A stretch of DNA of 42,828 bases from a virus (Duplodnaviria > Heunggongvirae > Uroviricota > Caudoviricetes), in the IMG/VR virus record IMGVR_UViG_2778261419_000003, positions 1 through 42,828 of that record, one strand, 5' to 3'. The notes beneath the pieces were generated by a model, which was given only the letters and a program-made list of their open reading frames with translations, made no database searches and was not told the DNA's origin. Positions 17,021-26,802 of this stretch are shown in pieces. Every line of letters starts with the position of its first letter. Position 1 is the first letter of the stretch. A program made the translations under genes and the position numbers.

Positions 17021-17564
17021 CGTTATTGCAGCGATACCCGCTGGCGCTATTGCTATCGCTGCGGCGTTGATTACTGGCCCAACGGGTAATGATGGCCTTG
17101 AAGGTGTACGCTATCAGCCTTATCGGGATGTTGTTGGAGTGTGGACTGTATGCTGGGGCCATACTGGTAAAGATATTATCCTCGGCAAGACCTACACCAA
17201 AGCAGAGTGTCGAGCGTTACTTAATAAAGACCTCACCACCGTAGCGCAGCAGATTAATCCGTACATCAAGGTTCCGATCCCTGAAACTACTTGGGGCGCT
17301 CTTTACTCGTTTGTCTACAACGTCGGTGCTGGCAATTTCAAAACCTCCACTCTTCTCTACAAAATAAACCAGGGTGATATCAAAGGCGCATGTGATCAGC
17401 TTCGTCGATGGACATATGCCGGTGGTAAGCAATGGAAAGGGTTGATTACCCGGCGTGAGATTGAGCGTGAAGTTTGCCTGTGGGCAGAAAAACCTCAGGT
17501 TCTTGGTGATGGGCTCGGGCCGCTTAACCCAGGCATTCCGGTATCAGTTCCGGGGGTATTCTGA
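16992..17564 (+). CDS. R: SAR endolysin (lysozyme, phage 21 R21-like)
   Basis: N-terminal SAR domain [25 protein letters not shown]; [26 protein letters not shown]...[31 protein letters not shown] is near-identical to R21 as recalled. Confidence 0.9.
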   Translation: MAMSPKLKNSVIAAIPAGAIAIAAALITGPTGNDGLEGVRYQPYRDVVGVWTVCWGHTGKDIILGKTYTKAECRALLNKDLTTVAQQINPYIKVPIPETTWGALYSFVYNVGAGNFKTSTLLYKINQGDIKGACDQLRRWTYAGGKQWKGLITRREIEREVCLWAEKPQVLGDGLGPLNPGIPVSVPGVF

Positions 17565-18100
17565 TGAAACCCAGAAAAATTACGATTGTTGCGGTTCTGC
17601 TGGTGGCTGTCGTAATCATTATTGCAGTGCTTAGCGTATTACTGGTTCGTAGCCGCTCAGCTCTTGAAACAGAACAGAGTGAGAATCGGGTATTACGTAA
17701 TGATAACGCGCTGCAGGCGACGGTGATAACTACACAGGCTTTCAACTTCAATCGGTTTAACCAGATAGCAGAGAACGCCAACCGCCTTAACTCGCTGATC
17801 GATGCCGGTACTGAGAAAACTGTCATCGAATACCGGGAGATTCTCCGACGTGAAAAGACCTGTGATCTGCCTGTTCCTGCTGATGTCGCTGGTGGGCTGC
17901 TCAAATACGCGTACCGTTTACGTGCCAGCGCAATGCACCCCGATACCGGGAACACTAACGCAACCGATGATAGTACCGCTGCCGCCAGCTCAATGACGTA
18001 TTGCCAGGCCGTCCTCTGGATTGAACCTTTGCTGGCTGTTATTGAGAAGGGCAACAATAACCTGGCGGGTATACGAGAGATTGAGAAGTTACGAAAATGA
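17564..18100 (+). CDS. Rz: Rz-like inner-membrane spanin
   Basis: 178 aa; N-terminal TM helix, coiled-coil periplasmic domain; directly follows the endolysin. Confidence 0.7.
   Translation: MKPRKITIVAVLLVAVVIIIAVLSVLLVRSRSALETEQSENRVLRNDNALQATVITTQAFNFNRFNQIAENANRLNSLIDAGTEKTVIEYREILRREKTCDLPVPADVAGGLLKYAYRLRASAMHPDTGNTNATDDSTAAASSMTYCQAVLWIEPLLAVIEKGNNNLAGIREIEKLRK
17802..17996 (+). CDS. Rz1: Rz1-like outer-membrane lipoprotein spanin embedded in Rz
   Basis: ORF in +1 frame inside Rz; lipobox LVGC; proline-rich C-terminus. Confidence 0.6.
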   Translation: MPVLRKLSSNTGRFSDVKRPVICLFLLMSLVGCSNTRTVYVPAQCTPIPGTLTQPMIVPLPPAQ

Positions 18101-18361
18101 ATAATGTCCGTTGACATTGTTAGGGTGATTCTCATTTAACAACCTCAACTGCTACATTACAGTGCTTCATCATGCAATTAGCTTTTTCACCAATGGCTTA
18201 GATCCAGTGAAAGTTACTGACGTTATCTAATGACAAGATGAACGTAGCTTTTGTGTAGTTTTTCAGCGAATAGGATTATCTGAATTTAGCATTTTTGGCT
18301 TGTATAAACTGTGGGTAAGTAGCTATAGTCACGTCATAGATAGTATTTTTGCATCTTTTTC

Positions 18362-18384
18362 AAGCCTCTTTTGAGGCTTTTTGC
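18362..18384 (+). terminator. Intrinsic terminator upstream of the protease cassette
   Basis: AGCCTC-tttt-GAGGCT hairpin followed by TTTTT. Confidence 0.45.
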
Positions 18385-18470
18385 ACATTTAAATATGACA
18401 ACAATGGCACATATAGTATGTCCCCCTTGGCACAGGCACTATATGTAGCGCTATAAAAGGAGCTATCATT

Positions 18471-18671
18471 ATGACCCCAGCTGAGTTCTACGATGTTTAC
18501 AATATCAAACCGGCAGAAATGTTGACTGGTGAAACTGTTAACAACTTCGCTTCTCGTGTAATGGCACAGCAAACTAGTACGAGTGGAAACACAGGTGTTT
18601 GGTACTCACAAGGTACCGCTACACAATCGAAGCAAAACCAAACTACAAGTCATCAACTTTACACGTACTGA
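18471..18671 (+). CDS. Hypothetical small Q/S/T-rich protein (first gene of protease cassette)
   Basis: 66 aa; AGGAG SD; stop 3 nt before the protease ATG. Confidence 0.4.
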   Translation: MTPAEFYDVYNIKPAEMLTGETVNNFASRVMAQQTSTSGNTGVWYSQGTATQSKQNQTTSHQLYTY

Positions 18672-18674
18672 TTT

Positions 18675-19577
18675 ATGCCTAATTGGAGCGACGTACTGGG
18701 CGAGATAACGGCTCTCGCCCATAAAAGTCCTATGGATGAGGTTCGCCGTAAATACTTATCTCAACTTTCGAATCATACTGGAAGAAATGTAATCACATAT
18801 TACTCAGGGTGGTTACAGCATGGTGGTGCAGAAGTACGCCATCTTACTCAGATGACTGATGATGATAAGAACGGGTTGATGACAGCCATCAATGGTTTAG
18901 ATGTATCAAAAGGGTTGGATTTGATACTTCATACTCCAGGTGGTGATATTGCCGCTTTGGAATCAATCGGGCATTACTTAAGGTCGAAGTTTGGAACTAA
19001 CATCAGAGCAATTGTTCCTATGATTTCAATGTCCTGCGGAACTATGCTTGCATGTTGTGCCAATGAAATCATCATGGGTAAACAGTCCAACATTGGCCCA
19101 ATTGATCCTCAGTTCAACGGTTTCTCCACCCATGCCATCATTGAAGAATGGAATCGTGCGCAGACGGAAATTTTTCAAAATCCCGCAGCTGTTCAGATGT
19201 GGCAGTTCATTCTTCAAAAGCTAAACCCGACGATCATCGGCGAGTGTGAGAAAGCAATCAAATGGGCAAATGAGATTGTTAAGCATTGGCTTATGACAGG
19301 CATGTTTGATAATGATCCTGAGGCAGAATCAAAAGCAACACATGTTTGTTCAGAGTTAAACAACCATCACACAACCTATACCCACTCGCGTCATATTCAT
19401 TTTGATAAGGCGCAGAAAATTGGGTTGAATGTTACCGAACTTGAAAGTGATCAAGTACTTCAAGATTTGGTTTTGACTATACATCACAGCTACATGCATT
19501 CTTTTGGTGGAGCACCACTGGCAAAAATCATTGAAAATCATAACGGTAACGCAATGATTTGGAATATCCAGTCTTAA
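18675..19577 (+). CDS. Standalone ClpP/S49-fold serine protease (SDH-family-like)
   Basis: 300 aa; LILHTPGGDIAALESIGHYL...MISMSCGTMLACCANEIIMG resembles ClpP-fold/S49 peptidases; located outside the head module in an AT-rich cassette. Confidence 0.55.
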   Translation: MPNWSDVLGEITALAHKSPMDEVRRKYLSQLSNHTGRNVITYYSGWLQHGGAEVRHLTQMTDDDKNGLMTAINGLDVSKGLDLILHTPGGDIAALESIGHYLRSKFGTNIRAIVPMISMSCGTMLACCANEIIMGKQSNIGPIDPQFNGFSTHAIIEEWNRAQTEIFQNPAAVQMWQFILQKLNPTIIGECEKAIKWANEIVKHWLMTGMFDNDPEAESKATHVCSELNNHHTTYTHSRHIHFDKAQKIGLNVTELESDQVLQDLVLTIHHSYMHSFGGAPLAKIIENHNGNAMIWNIQS

Positions 19578-19596
19578 TCCCCCCTGTCTGATTCCA

Positions 19597-19620
19597 GCCT
19601 CGCCTATGCGGGGCTTTTTT
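19597..19620 (+). terminator. Rho-independent terminator after protease cassette
   Basis: GCCTCGC-ctat-GCGGGGC hairpin followed by TTTTTT. Confidence 0.55.
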
Positions 19621-19727
19621 ACGCGTATTGCATACTCAAATCAAACTAGAGTCGTTTAGAAGAGAATTCAAAACGGCGGTCGGACCTGTGTTTTCTTATG
19701 GGTCCTCCCGGCGGGGTTGCCTACCAC

Positions 19728-19739
19728 GGGGCGGCGCGC
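19728..19739. other. cosN-like cohesive end site
   Basis: GGGCGGCGCGCT followed by CGCGGG matches lambda cos GGGCGGCGACCT-CGCGGG at 10/12 positions; lies just upstream of the small terminase gene. Confidence 0.55.
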
Positions 19740-19845
19740 TCGCGGGAAACGGCTAGTTTTTCGGATCCAGGGTCATCATCATCATGTGCGCAGGTCTTTG
19801 ATTTAATTAGAGGCCATTTTCGCAACATGTCGAATCGTTCAAAAA

Positions 19846-20346
19846 GTGTTCACCATCATGGACCAGGAAATTGCCACTTTAAAACTCAATATCAACCAGC
19901 TGGCAGGGATAACCGGCGTACACCGTCAGACGGTTGCCGCGAGACTGAAAAATGTTGAACCTGCTCCAGGCAGCAATAGCAAGTTAAAGCTCTATCTGGT
20001 GACCGACATTCTGACCGAACTGATGATCCCTACCGTTTCGGCCAACATCGACGATATGCCCCCTTCTGACAGGCTGTCCCACTGGAAAGCAGAGAACGAG
20101 AGGCTGAAGTTCGAACAGGATACGGGGCAGTTAATACCCGCAGATGAAGTGGCGCGAGAATTCTCATTGATGGCGAAAGCCGTCGTCATGGTACTTGAAA
20201 CCCTCCCGGATGTGCTCGAGCGCGACTGTGCTTTAACGCCTGCTGCGGTAGTTCGTGTGCAAAGCGTTATCGATGATCTGCGCGACCAGATGGCGGAGAA
20301 GGTGCAGGACGCTGGAAAAGAGGAGGAGCAGCCTGAGGAGGACTGA
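19846..20346 (+). CDS. Terminase small subunit (Nu1-like)
   Basis: 166 aa; N-terminal HTH-like segment LKLNINQLAGITGVHRQTVAARL; acidic C-terminus; immediately upstream of and overlapping TerL (ATGA). Confidence 0.7.
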   Translation: MFTIMDQEIATLKLNINQLAGITGVHRQTVAARLKNVEPAPGSNSKLKLYLVTDILTELMIPTVSANIDDMPPSDRLSHWKAENERLKFEQDTGQLIPADEVAREFSLMAKAVVMVLETLPDVLERDCALTPAAVVRVQSVIDDLRDQMAEKVQDAGKEEEQPEED

Positions 20347-22448
20347 TGGCAAAGCGGGCATCCGCCAGGGACATCCGCCGCGATGTTTCCGGTATTTTAC
20401 GAGCCCCGCGTCGTATGCCGGTGGCCGATGCGGTCAGTACTTATATGCGCGTGCCAATGGGGGCGGGAAACTCAGTTCCGTGGGATCCGGATCTGGCACC
20501 CTATGTGATTGAGCCGATGAACTGTCTGGCATCGCGTGAATACGATGCGGTTGTGTTTGTGGGCCCAGCGCGAACGGGTAAAACCATCGGGCTGATTGAC
20601 GGCTGGATCGTTTATAACATTGTCTGCGATCCGGCAGATATGCTTGTAATTCAGGTATCTGAGGAAAAAGCGCGCGAGCATTCCAAAAAACGCCTGGACC
20701 GTACTTTTCGCTGTAGCCCTGAAGTTAAAACCCGGCTAAGCCCAAGACGTAACGATAACAACGTCTACGACCGTACATTCCGCGCCGGTAACTATCTGAA
20801 GCTGGGCTGGCCATCCGTCAATATCATGTCGTCCTCGGACTATAAAAGTGTGGCGCTGACGGATTATGACCGCTTTCCGGAAGATATCGACGGGGAGGGG
20901 GATGCTTTTTCACTGGCATCGAAACGAACCACGACATTCATGTCCTCCGGGATGACGCTGGTTGAGAGCTCGCCCGGGAGGGATATCAGAGACACAAAAT
21001 GGCGGCGCTCCACGCCCCATGAAGCCCCTCCGACCACCGGAATTTTATCGCTCTATAACCGTGGTGACCGCCGTCGTCTTTACTGGCCATGCCCGCATTG
21101 CGGCGAATATTTCCAGCCGGAAATGGACAATATGACCGGATACCGCGACAGCAGCGATCCTGTGCTTGCCAGCGAAGCGGCGTTTCTTCAGTGCCCTGCC
21201 TGTAAAGGCAGGATCACACCGGACATGAAGCGTGCGCTTAACATGAAATGTGTCTGGCTCCGGGACGGGCAAACCATCGACAGGAAAGGCCTGGTTAGCG
21301 GTGATGGCCGTCGTTCCCGTATTGCCTCCTTCTGGATGGAAGGTCCGGCAGCTGCTTACCAGACCTGGGCGCAGCTTATTTATAAGTTTCTGACCGCCGA
21401 GCAGGAATATGAATCCACGCGCAGCGAAGAAACCCTGAAGACGGTGATCAACACCGATTTCGGCAGGCCCTATTTGCCGCGAGCCAGCATGGAGCAGCGT
21501 AAAAGTGAATTGCTCGAGCAGCGTGCCGAAGACGTCCCAAAACGTTCGGTACCGAACGGCGTGCAGTTTCTCACTGCGACCGTGGACGTGCAGGCCGGGC
21601 GCAACCGGCGCTTTGTTGTGCAGATTACGGGTTATGGAAGTATGGGTGAGCGCTGGATAGTTGACCGTTACAACATCCGGCATTCGCTGCGCTGCGACGG
21701 CAACGGTGAAAGCATTCAGGTGGATCCGGCGAGCTATCCGGAGGACTGGGATCTTTTACTCACTGACGTCTTTGATAAAACGTGGCCGCTCGCAGCTGAC
21801 CCATCAAAGGGCATGCGGCTGATGTCGATGGCCGTGGACTCAGGGGGCGAAGATGGCGTGACGGATAATGCCTACAAGTTCTGGCGCAGATGTCGCCGTG
21901 AGGGGCTGGGTAAGCGTATCTATCTCTTCAAAGGGGACAGCGTCAGGCGCAGCAAACTTATCCAGCGAACGTTTCCCGACAACACGGGCAGATCAACGCG
22001 CCGCGCACAGGCGACTGGTGATGTGCCTCTTTATCTTCTCCAGACCGATGCCCTTAAAGACCGGGTGAATAATGCGCTGTGGCGTGATTCACCCGGCCCT
22101 GGCTATGTGCATTTCCCCGCCTGGCTGGGCAGCTGGTTCTATGACGAACTGACGTATGAGGAACGCTCGAATGAAGGGAAATGGAGTAAGCCCGGCCGGG
22201 GCGCAAACGAAGCATTTGACCTGCTCGTTTATGCCGACGCGCTCGCCATCCTTAGTGGTTACGAAAAAATCAAATGGCCGTCAGCTCCTGAGTGGGCACG
22301 GCGGGAAACGTGGATCGAGGACACGCAGACGGAAGCTGGCGAAATGCCATCCCCGCCGCCTGCGCCGAAATCTAAACCAAAACCAAAACGTGAGAAGCCC
22401 GTAACCGAGCAGGCTAATCCGTGGTCTTCGTCAGGAGGTTGGGTGTGA
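20346..22448 (+). CDS. Terminase large subunit (lambda gpA-like)
   Basis: 700 aa; CPHCGEYFQ zinc-finger-like motif and flanking regions resemble lambda A (ACPHCGEEQY). Confidence 0.9.
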   Translation: MAKRASARDIRRDVSGILRAPRRMPVADAVSTYMRVPMGAGNSVPWDPDLAPYVIEPMNCLASREYDAVVFVGPARTGKTIGLIDGWIVYNIVCDPADMLVIQVSEEKAREHSKKRLDRTFRCSPEVKTRLSPRRNDNNVYDRTFRAGNYLKLGWPSVNIMSSSDYKSVALTDYDRFPEDIDGEGDAFSLASKRTTTFMSSGMTLVESSPGRDIRDTKWRRSTPHEAPPTTGILSLYNRGDRRRLYWPCPHCGEYFQPEMDNMTGYRDSSDPVLASEAAFLQCPACKGRITPDMKRALNMKCVWLRDGQTIDRKGLVSGDGRRSRIASFWMEGPAAAYQTWAQLIYKFLTAEQEYESTRSEETLKTVINTDFGRPYLPRASMEQRKSELLEQRAEDVPKRSVPNGVQFLTATVDVQAGRNRRFVVQITGYGSMGERWIVDRYNIRHSLRCDGNGESIQVDPASYPEDWDLLLTDVFDKTWPLAADPSKGMRLMSMAVDSGGEDGVTDNAYKFWRRCRREGLGKRIYLFKGDSVRRSKLIQRTFPDNTGRSTRRAQATGDVPLYLLQTDALKDRVNNALWRDSPGPGYVHFPAWLGSWFYDELTYEERSNEGKWSKPGRGANEAFDLLVYADALAILSGYEKIKWPSAPEWARRETWIEDTQTEAGEMPSPPPAPKSKPKPKREKPVTEQANPWSSSGGWV

Positions 22449-22660
22449 ATCCAGCAGATATTCAAAACATGATCGACCGCTATGCTGCAGCCGAGCTGTC
22501 TGTTCTGGAGGGGAAATCAATCACTTTCAATGGGCAGCAGATGACGCTCGAAAACCTGTCGGAAATCAGAAAAGGCCGTCAGGAATGGGAGCGACGACTG
22601 GCAACGCTCAATAACAAACGCCGTGGGCGACCCGGCTACAGGCTGGCGAGGTTTGGATGA
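22445..22660 (+). CDS. W: Head-tail joining protein W-like
   Basis: About 70 aa; resembles lambda W; start ambiguous (GTG 22445 overlapping the TerL stop, or ATG 22469). Confidence 0.6.
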   Translation: MNPADIQNMIDRYAAAELSVLEGKSITFNGQQMTLENLSEIRKGRQEWERRLATLNNKRRGRPGYRLARFG

Positions 22661-24156
22661 GTTTTTTAGATGATGCGATTGGCCTGTTTTCACCAGGCTG
22701 GAAAGCCTCACGCCTGCGTGCCCGCGCAGTTATTAAAGCGTATGAGGCGGTAAAGCAAACGCGTACCCACAAAGCCCAGAAGGAAAATCGTTCAGCCGAT
22801 CAGCTCAGCCAGATGGGGGCGGTTTCGCTGAGGCAGCAGGCGCGCTGGCTGGATAACAACCACGATCTGGTGATCGGCGTTTTCGACAAGCTGGAAGAAA
22901 GGGTGGTGGGTGCGAAGGGCATCATAGTTGAACCGCATCCGATGCTGAGTAACGGGAAGATCGCTAAAAAGCTGGCCACTGATATCCGCCGAAAGTGGGG
23001 CGAATGGTCCGTAAGGCCAGATGTCACAACCCAGTTTACCCGCCCAATGCTGGAGCGGCTGATGCTGCGAACGTGGCTCCGGGACGGTGAGGTATTTGCT
23101 CAGCTGGTTCGCGGTACCGGAAATGGTCTTCAGCCGGTTGCTGGCGTGCCGTTCTGGCTGGAAGCGCTGGAGCCGGACTTTGTGCCGATGAACAGCGATG
23201 CTGCCACCCAGCTCAATCAGGGCGTTTTTGTCGATAACTGGGGACGCCCGAAAAAATATCAGGTCTATAAAAGCCTGCCAGTATCCGGGCGTCAGTTTGA
23301 TACCAAAGAGATAGATGCAGAGAACATGCTGCATCTCAAATTCACCCGACGCCTGCACCAGACCCGCGGAACGTCTCTTTTGTCTGGTGTTCTGATGCGT
23401 CTGAGCGCGCTGAAAGAATACGAGGACTCGGAGCTTACTGCTGCCAGAATTGCTGCGGCACTCGGCATGTATATCAAAAAAGGCGACGGACAGAGCTTCG
23501 ATTCTGATTCAAGCAGCGATGACCGCGAGCTGATGATTCAGCCCGGTATGCTCTATGACGAACTGCAGGCCGGGGAAGAAATCGGGATGATTAAATCCGA
23601 TCGCCCGAACCCTAACCTCGAATCTTTTCGTAACGGACAGCTGCGTGCCGTGTCCGCCGGCAGTCGCCTCAGCTTTTCCAGCACATCCAGAAACTACAAC
23701 GGAACGTACAGTGCCCAGCGGCAGGAGCTTGTCGAGTCAACCGACGGCTATCTGATTCTTCAGGACTGGTTCATCGGTTCAGTGACCCGGCCCATGTACC
23801 GAGCCTGGCTCAAGATGGCTATTGCTGCCGGAGAAATCAAGCTGCCGAGAGGCATTGATATGGACTCGCTTTATAACGCGGTTTATTCGGGGCCCGTTAT
23901 GCCGTGGATTGATCCCGTTAAAGAAGCGAATGCCTGGAAAACGCAGATCCGCGGCGGTGCTGCTACTGAATCCGACTGGATACGTGCCAGCGGTCGCAAC
24001 CCGGATGATGTTAAGTCACGCCGTAAAGCTGAGGTTGACGAGAACCGTGAACAGGGCCTGGTGTTTGACACCGACCCCGCCAATGATAAAGGAGGCACCA
24101 GTGCCGAAGCCAAAGAACCGGGCGCGCCACCGTCCGAAAGCCAGCGCAAAAAGTAA
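22657..24156 (+). CDS. Portal protein
   Basis: 499 aa between W-like and the protease/capsid ORF; start overlaps W stop (ATGA). Confidence 0.8.
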   Translation: MSFLDDAIGLFSPGWKASRLRARAVIKAYEAVKQTRTHKAQKENRSADQLSQMGAVSLRQQARWLDNNHDLVIGVFDKLEERVVGAKGIIVEPHPMLSNGKIAKKLATDIRRKWGEWSVRPDVTTQFTRPMLERLMLRTWLRDGEVFAQLVRGTGNGLQPVAGVPFWLEALEPDFVPMNSDAATQLNQGVFVDNWGRPKKYQVYKSLPVSGRQFDTKEIDAENMLHLKFTRRLHQTRGTSLLSGVLMRLSALKEYEDSELTAARIAAALGMYIKKGDGQSFDSDSSSDDRELMIQPGMLYDELQAGEEIGMIKSDRPNPNLESFRNGQLRAVSAGSRLSFSSTSRNYNGTYSAQRQELVESTDGYLILQDWFIGSVTRPMYRAWLKMAIAAGEIKLPRGIDMDSLYNAVYSGPVMPWIDPVKEANAWKTQIRGGAATESDWIRASGRNPDDVKSRRKAEVDENREQGLVFDTDPANDKGGTSAEAKEPGAPPSESQRKK

Positions 24157-24169
24157 TTCGTGGTTCCGC

Positions 24170-26116
24170 ATGCAGGCCAGCAATAACAGTGAGGCCGACA
24201 TTTTTATTTATGACGAAATCGGGTACTGGGGCGTAACGGCGAAACAGTTCGTCAATGATCTCCGGGCACTTGGGGACGTCACCCACATCAACCTTTATAT
24301 CAACTCGCCCGGTGGTGATGTCTTCGACGGAATTGCTATTTATAACGCGCTGAAGCACCACGGCGCGGCGATTACCGTACATATCGACGGTCTGGCGGCC
24401 TCCATGGCCTCGGTGATTGCGATGGTAGGCAATCCGGTCATCATGCCTGAAAACACGATGATGATGATCCATAAGCCCTGGGGGTTTGCTGGTGGTGACG
24501 CGAGCGATATGCGCGACTATGCGGATCTTCTCGACAAGGTTGAATCCGTTCTTATCCCGGCTTATGCACAGAAAACCGGAAAATCCACCGAAGAAATTGC
24601 GGCAATGCTGGAGGACGAAACCTGGATGAACGGCAGCGAGTGCCTTGAACTGGGTTTTGCCGACCAGGTGACACCATCCCTTCAGGCTATGGCCTGTATT
24701 CATTCAAAACGTATTGAGGAATTTGAAAAAATGCCAAAAAGCATTCGCAACATGATCACCCCGCCGCGCAACACTACCCAGCGTGACCCGGTTATTACCC
24801 AGCCTCAGGCACCGCAGGCAAAAACAGACCCGGCACCGGATGAAAATGCGATCCGCGCGCAGGTGTTGGCTGAGCAGAAAACCCGTGTTAACGCTATCGG
24901 CGATCTCTTTGCCATGTTCGGTAATAAGCACATGGAACTGCAGAATCAGTGTGTGGCCGACCCTGATTGCTCCGTCGATAAGGCGAAAGATTTGCTGCTG
25001 GCAGAACTCGGTAAAACGGCCACGCCGTCCAATAAAACCACTCAGCCGCATATTCATGCGGGCAACGGTAACTTCGTCGCGGATGGTATTCGCCAGGCAC
25101 TGATGGCGCGTGCCGGGTTCGAAGGTCAGGAGCGGGATAACGTTTATAACGGTATGACGCTGCGCGAGTATGCGCGTATGGCCCTGACAGAAAAAGGTAT
25201 CGGCGTGGCCAGCTACAACCCGATGCAGATGGTTGGCCTGGCGCTGACCCACAGCACCTCTGACTTTGGCAACATTCTGCTTGATGTTGCGAACAAAGCG
25301 CTGATTCAGGGCTGGGACGAGGCGCAGGAAACCTTCGAGCAGTGGACCAAAAAAGGCCAGCTGTCGGACTTCAAAACGGCGCATCGTGTCGGTATGGGTG
25401 GGTTCCCTTCTCTGCGACAGGTTCGCGAAGGGGCTGAGTACAAGTACATCACTACCAGTGACAAAGGCGAAACCATCGCGCTTGCCACGTATGGTGAAAT
25501 CTTCTCAGTAACTCGCCAGGCGATCATCAACGACGATCTGAACCAGCTTACCGACGTACCGATGAAGATGGGGCGCGCGGCGAAAGCAACGATTGGCGAT
25601 CTGGTTTACGCCATTCTGACCAAAAACCCGAAACTCTCAGACGGAAAGGCGCTGTTCCATGCCGATCACAAGAACCTGAGCTCGGGTGCAATTTCTGTGG
25701 CCAGCCTGGACGAATCGCGCAAGCTGATGCGTCTGCAGAAGGAGGGGGAGCGAACCCTGAATATCCGTCCGGCCTACATGCTGGTGCCCGTCGCCCTGGA
25801 AACTCTGGCAAATCAGACCATCAAGTCGGCCAGTGTTAAAGGTGCAGACATCAATGCCGGGATCGTTAACCCTATCCAGAACTTTGCAGAAGTCATTGCC
25901 GAACCACGTCTGGATGAAGCTGATGCGAAAGCCTGGTATCTGGCTGCCGCGAAGGGCACCGACACCATTGAGGTCGCTTATCTCAACGGCGTCGACACGC
26001 CATACATCGATCAGCAGGAAGGCTTCACCACTGATGGTATCGCCACGAAAGTGCGTATTGATGCTGGCGTGGCGCCGCTGGACTATCGCGGCATGACCAA
26101 ATCCTCTGGTCAGTAA
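24170..26116 (+). CDS. Fused prohead protease (ClpP/S49-like) and major capsid protein
   Basis: Single 648-codon ORF from ATG 24170; N-terminal IFIYDEIGYWG...INSPGGDVFDG...AASMASVIAMVG protease motifs; C-terminal about 330 aa resembles Mu gpT-type major head subunit. Confidence 0.7.
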   Translation: MQASNNSEADIFIYDEIGYWGVTAKQFVNDLRALGDVTHINLYINSPGGDVFDGIAIYNALKHHGAAITVHIDGLAASMASVIAMVGNPVIMPENTMMMIHKPWGFAGGDASDMRDYADLLDKVESVLIPAYAQKTGKSTEEIAAMLEDETWMNGSECLELGFADQVTPSLQAMACIHSKRIEEFEKMPKSIRNMITPPRNTTQRDPVITQPQAPQAKTDPAPDENAIRAQVLAEQKTRVNAIGDLFAMFGNKHMELQNQCVADPDCSVDKAKDLLLAELGKTATPSNKTTQPHIHAGNGNFVADGIRQALMARAGFEGQERDNVYNGMTLREYARMALTEKGIGVASYNPMQMVGLALTHSTSDFGNILLDVANKALIQGWDEAQETFEQWTKKGQLSDFKTAHRVGMGGFPSLRQVREGAEYKYITTSDKGETIALATYGEIFSVTRQAIINDDLNQLTDVPMKMGRAAKATIGDLVYAILTKNPKLSDGKALFHADHKNLSSGAISVASLDESRKLMRLQKEGERTLNIRPAYMLVPVALETLANQTIKSASVKGADINAGIVNPIQNFAEVIAEPRLDEADAKAWYLAAAKGTDTIEVAYLNGVDTPYIDQQEGFTTDGIATKVRIDAGVAPLDYRGMTKSSGQ

Positions 26117-26136
26117 AAAACAGTCCTGACAAACAG

Positions 26137-26157
26137 ACGCCCGTAAGGGCTTTTTTT
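26137..26157 (+). terminator. Intrinsic terminator after capsid gene
   Basis: GCCC-gtaa-GGGC hairpin followed by TTTTTTT. Confidence 0.5.
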
Positions 26158-26198
26158 ATACCTGAAACCAGCCTCGAAAGGGGCTGAATGGAGAAGTT

Positions 26199-26525
26199 AT
26201 GGCTAAGAACTATGCGCAGGACGGGAAAACGATCCCTCTGGTAAACAGTGGTGCAACCGATGTTCACAGCGGCGACCCGGTTGTTGTTGGAAAACTTATC
26301 GCGGTGGCAATTACCGATATCCCGGCTGGCGATACCGGGGACGGTTTTACTGAGGGTGTTTTCCTCCTGCCAAAAGTATCCGCAGATGCGGTTACTGCCG
26401 GGGCGCAGGTGTATCTGAAGGACGGCAAAATCACGATCGAAGAAACGGACGCCGTTGCCGCGGGCATCGCCTGGGAAGATGCAGGGGCAAACACCACCGT
26501 TGTTGAAGTTAAGATCAATGCCTAA
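26199..26525 (+). CDS. Putative head decoration / DUF2190-like protein
   Basis: 108 aa ORF following the capsid gene with GGAG SD; family from memory. Confidence 0.45.
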   Translation: MAKNYAQDGKTIPLVNSGATDVHSGDPVVVGKLIAVAITDIPAGDTGDGFTEGVFLLPKVSADAVTAGAQVYLKDGKITIEETDAVAAGIAWEDAGANTTVVEVKINA

Positions 26526-26793
26526 CTCCTTTGACCGGATGGCGGCGCGCATGGACGCGGCCACTATAAAAAAGATGGGAAAGACAGCGATCATCAATGG
26601 CAGCAGCTATGACGTTGTTCCCGCCGAGCAACTCGAGGAAATGGGGCCATTGTCGGGAACAGGTACTTCGCTGGTGGTTTTCTCTGAGCTTTACCAGCCA
26701 CGCCGAAACGACAGCGTCGACTACGACGGTAAGAACCTGATCGTTACCCGCTATGACATGTTCAACGGAAAACCCCGCATCCATCTCGAATGA
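26519..26793 (+). CDS. Head-tail joining protein FII-like
   Basis: About 91 aa; pattern similar to lambda FII (IKKMGKTAII..., ...LIVTRYDMF...); start overlaps upstream gene. Confidence 0.55.
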
Positions 26794-26802
26794 GGAGGCG
26801 CT

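Noticed and set aside
18421-18450. TGGCAC element upstream of the protease cassette resembling a sigma-54 -24 box
   Set aside because: No matching -12 TTGC element at the correct spacing; more likely part of a sigma-70 promoter or operator palindrome.
23822-24169. The ORF track extends the protease/capsid ORF 348 nt upstream, overlapping the portal gene in another frame
   Set aside because: The overlap is an open alternate frame inside the portal gene; the protease-like sequence begins at ATG 24170 just after the portal stop, so the upstream extension is most likely not translated.
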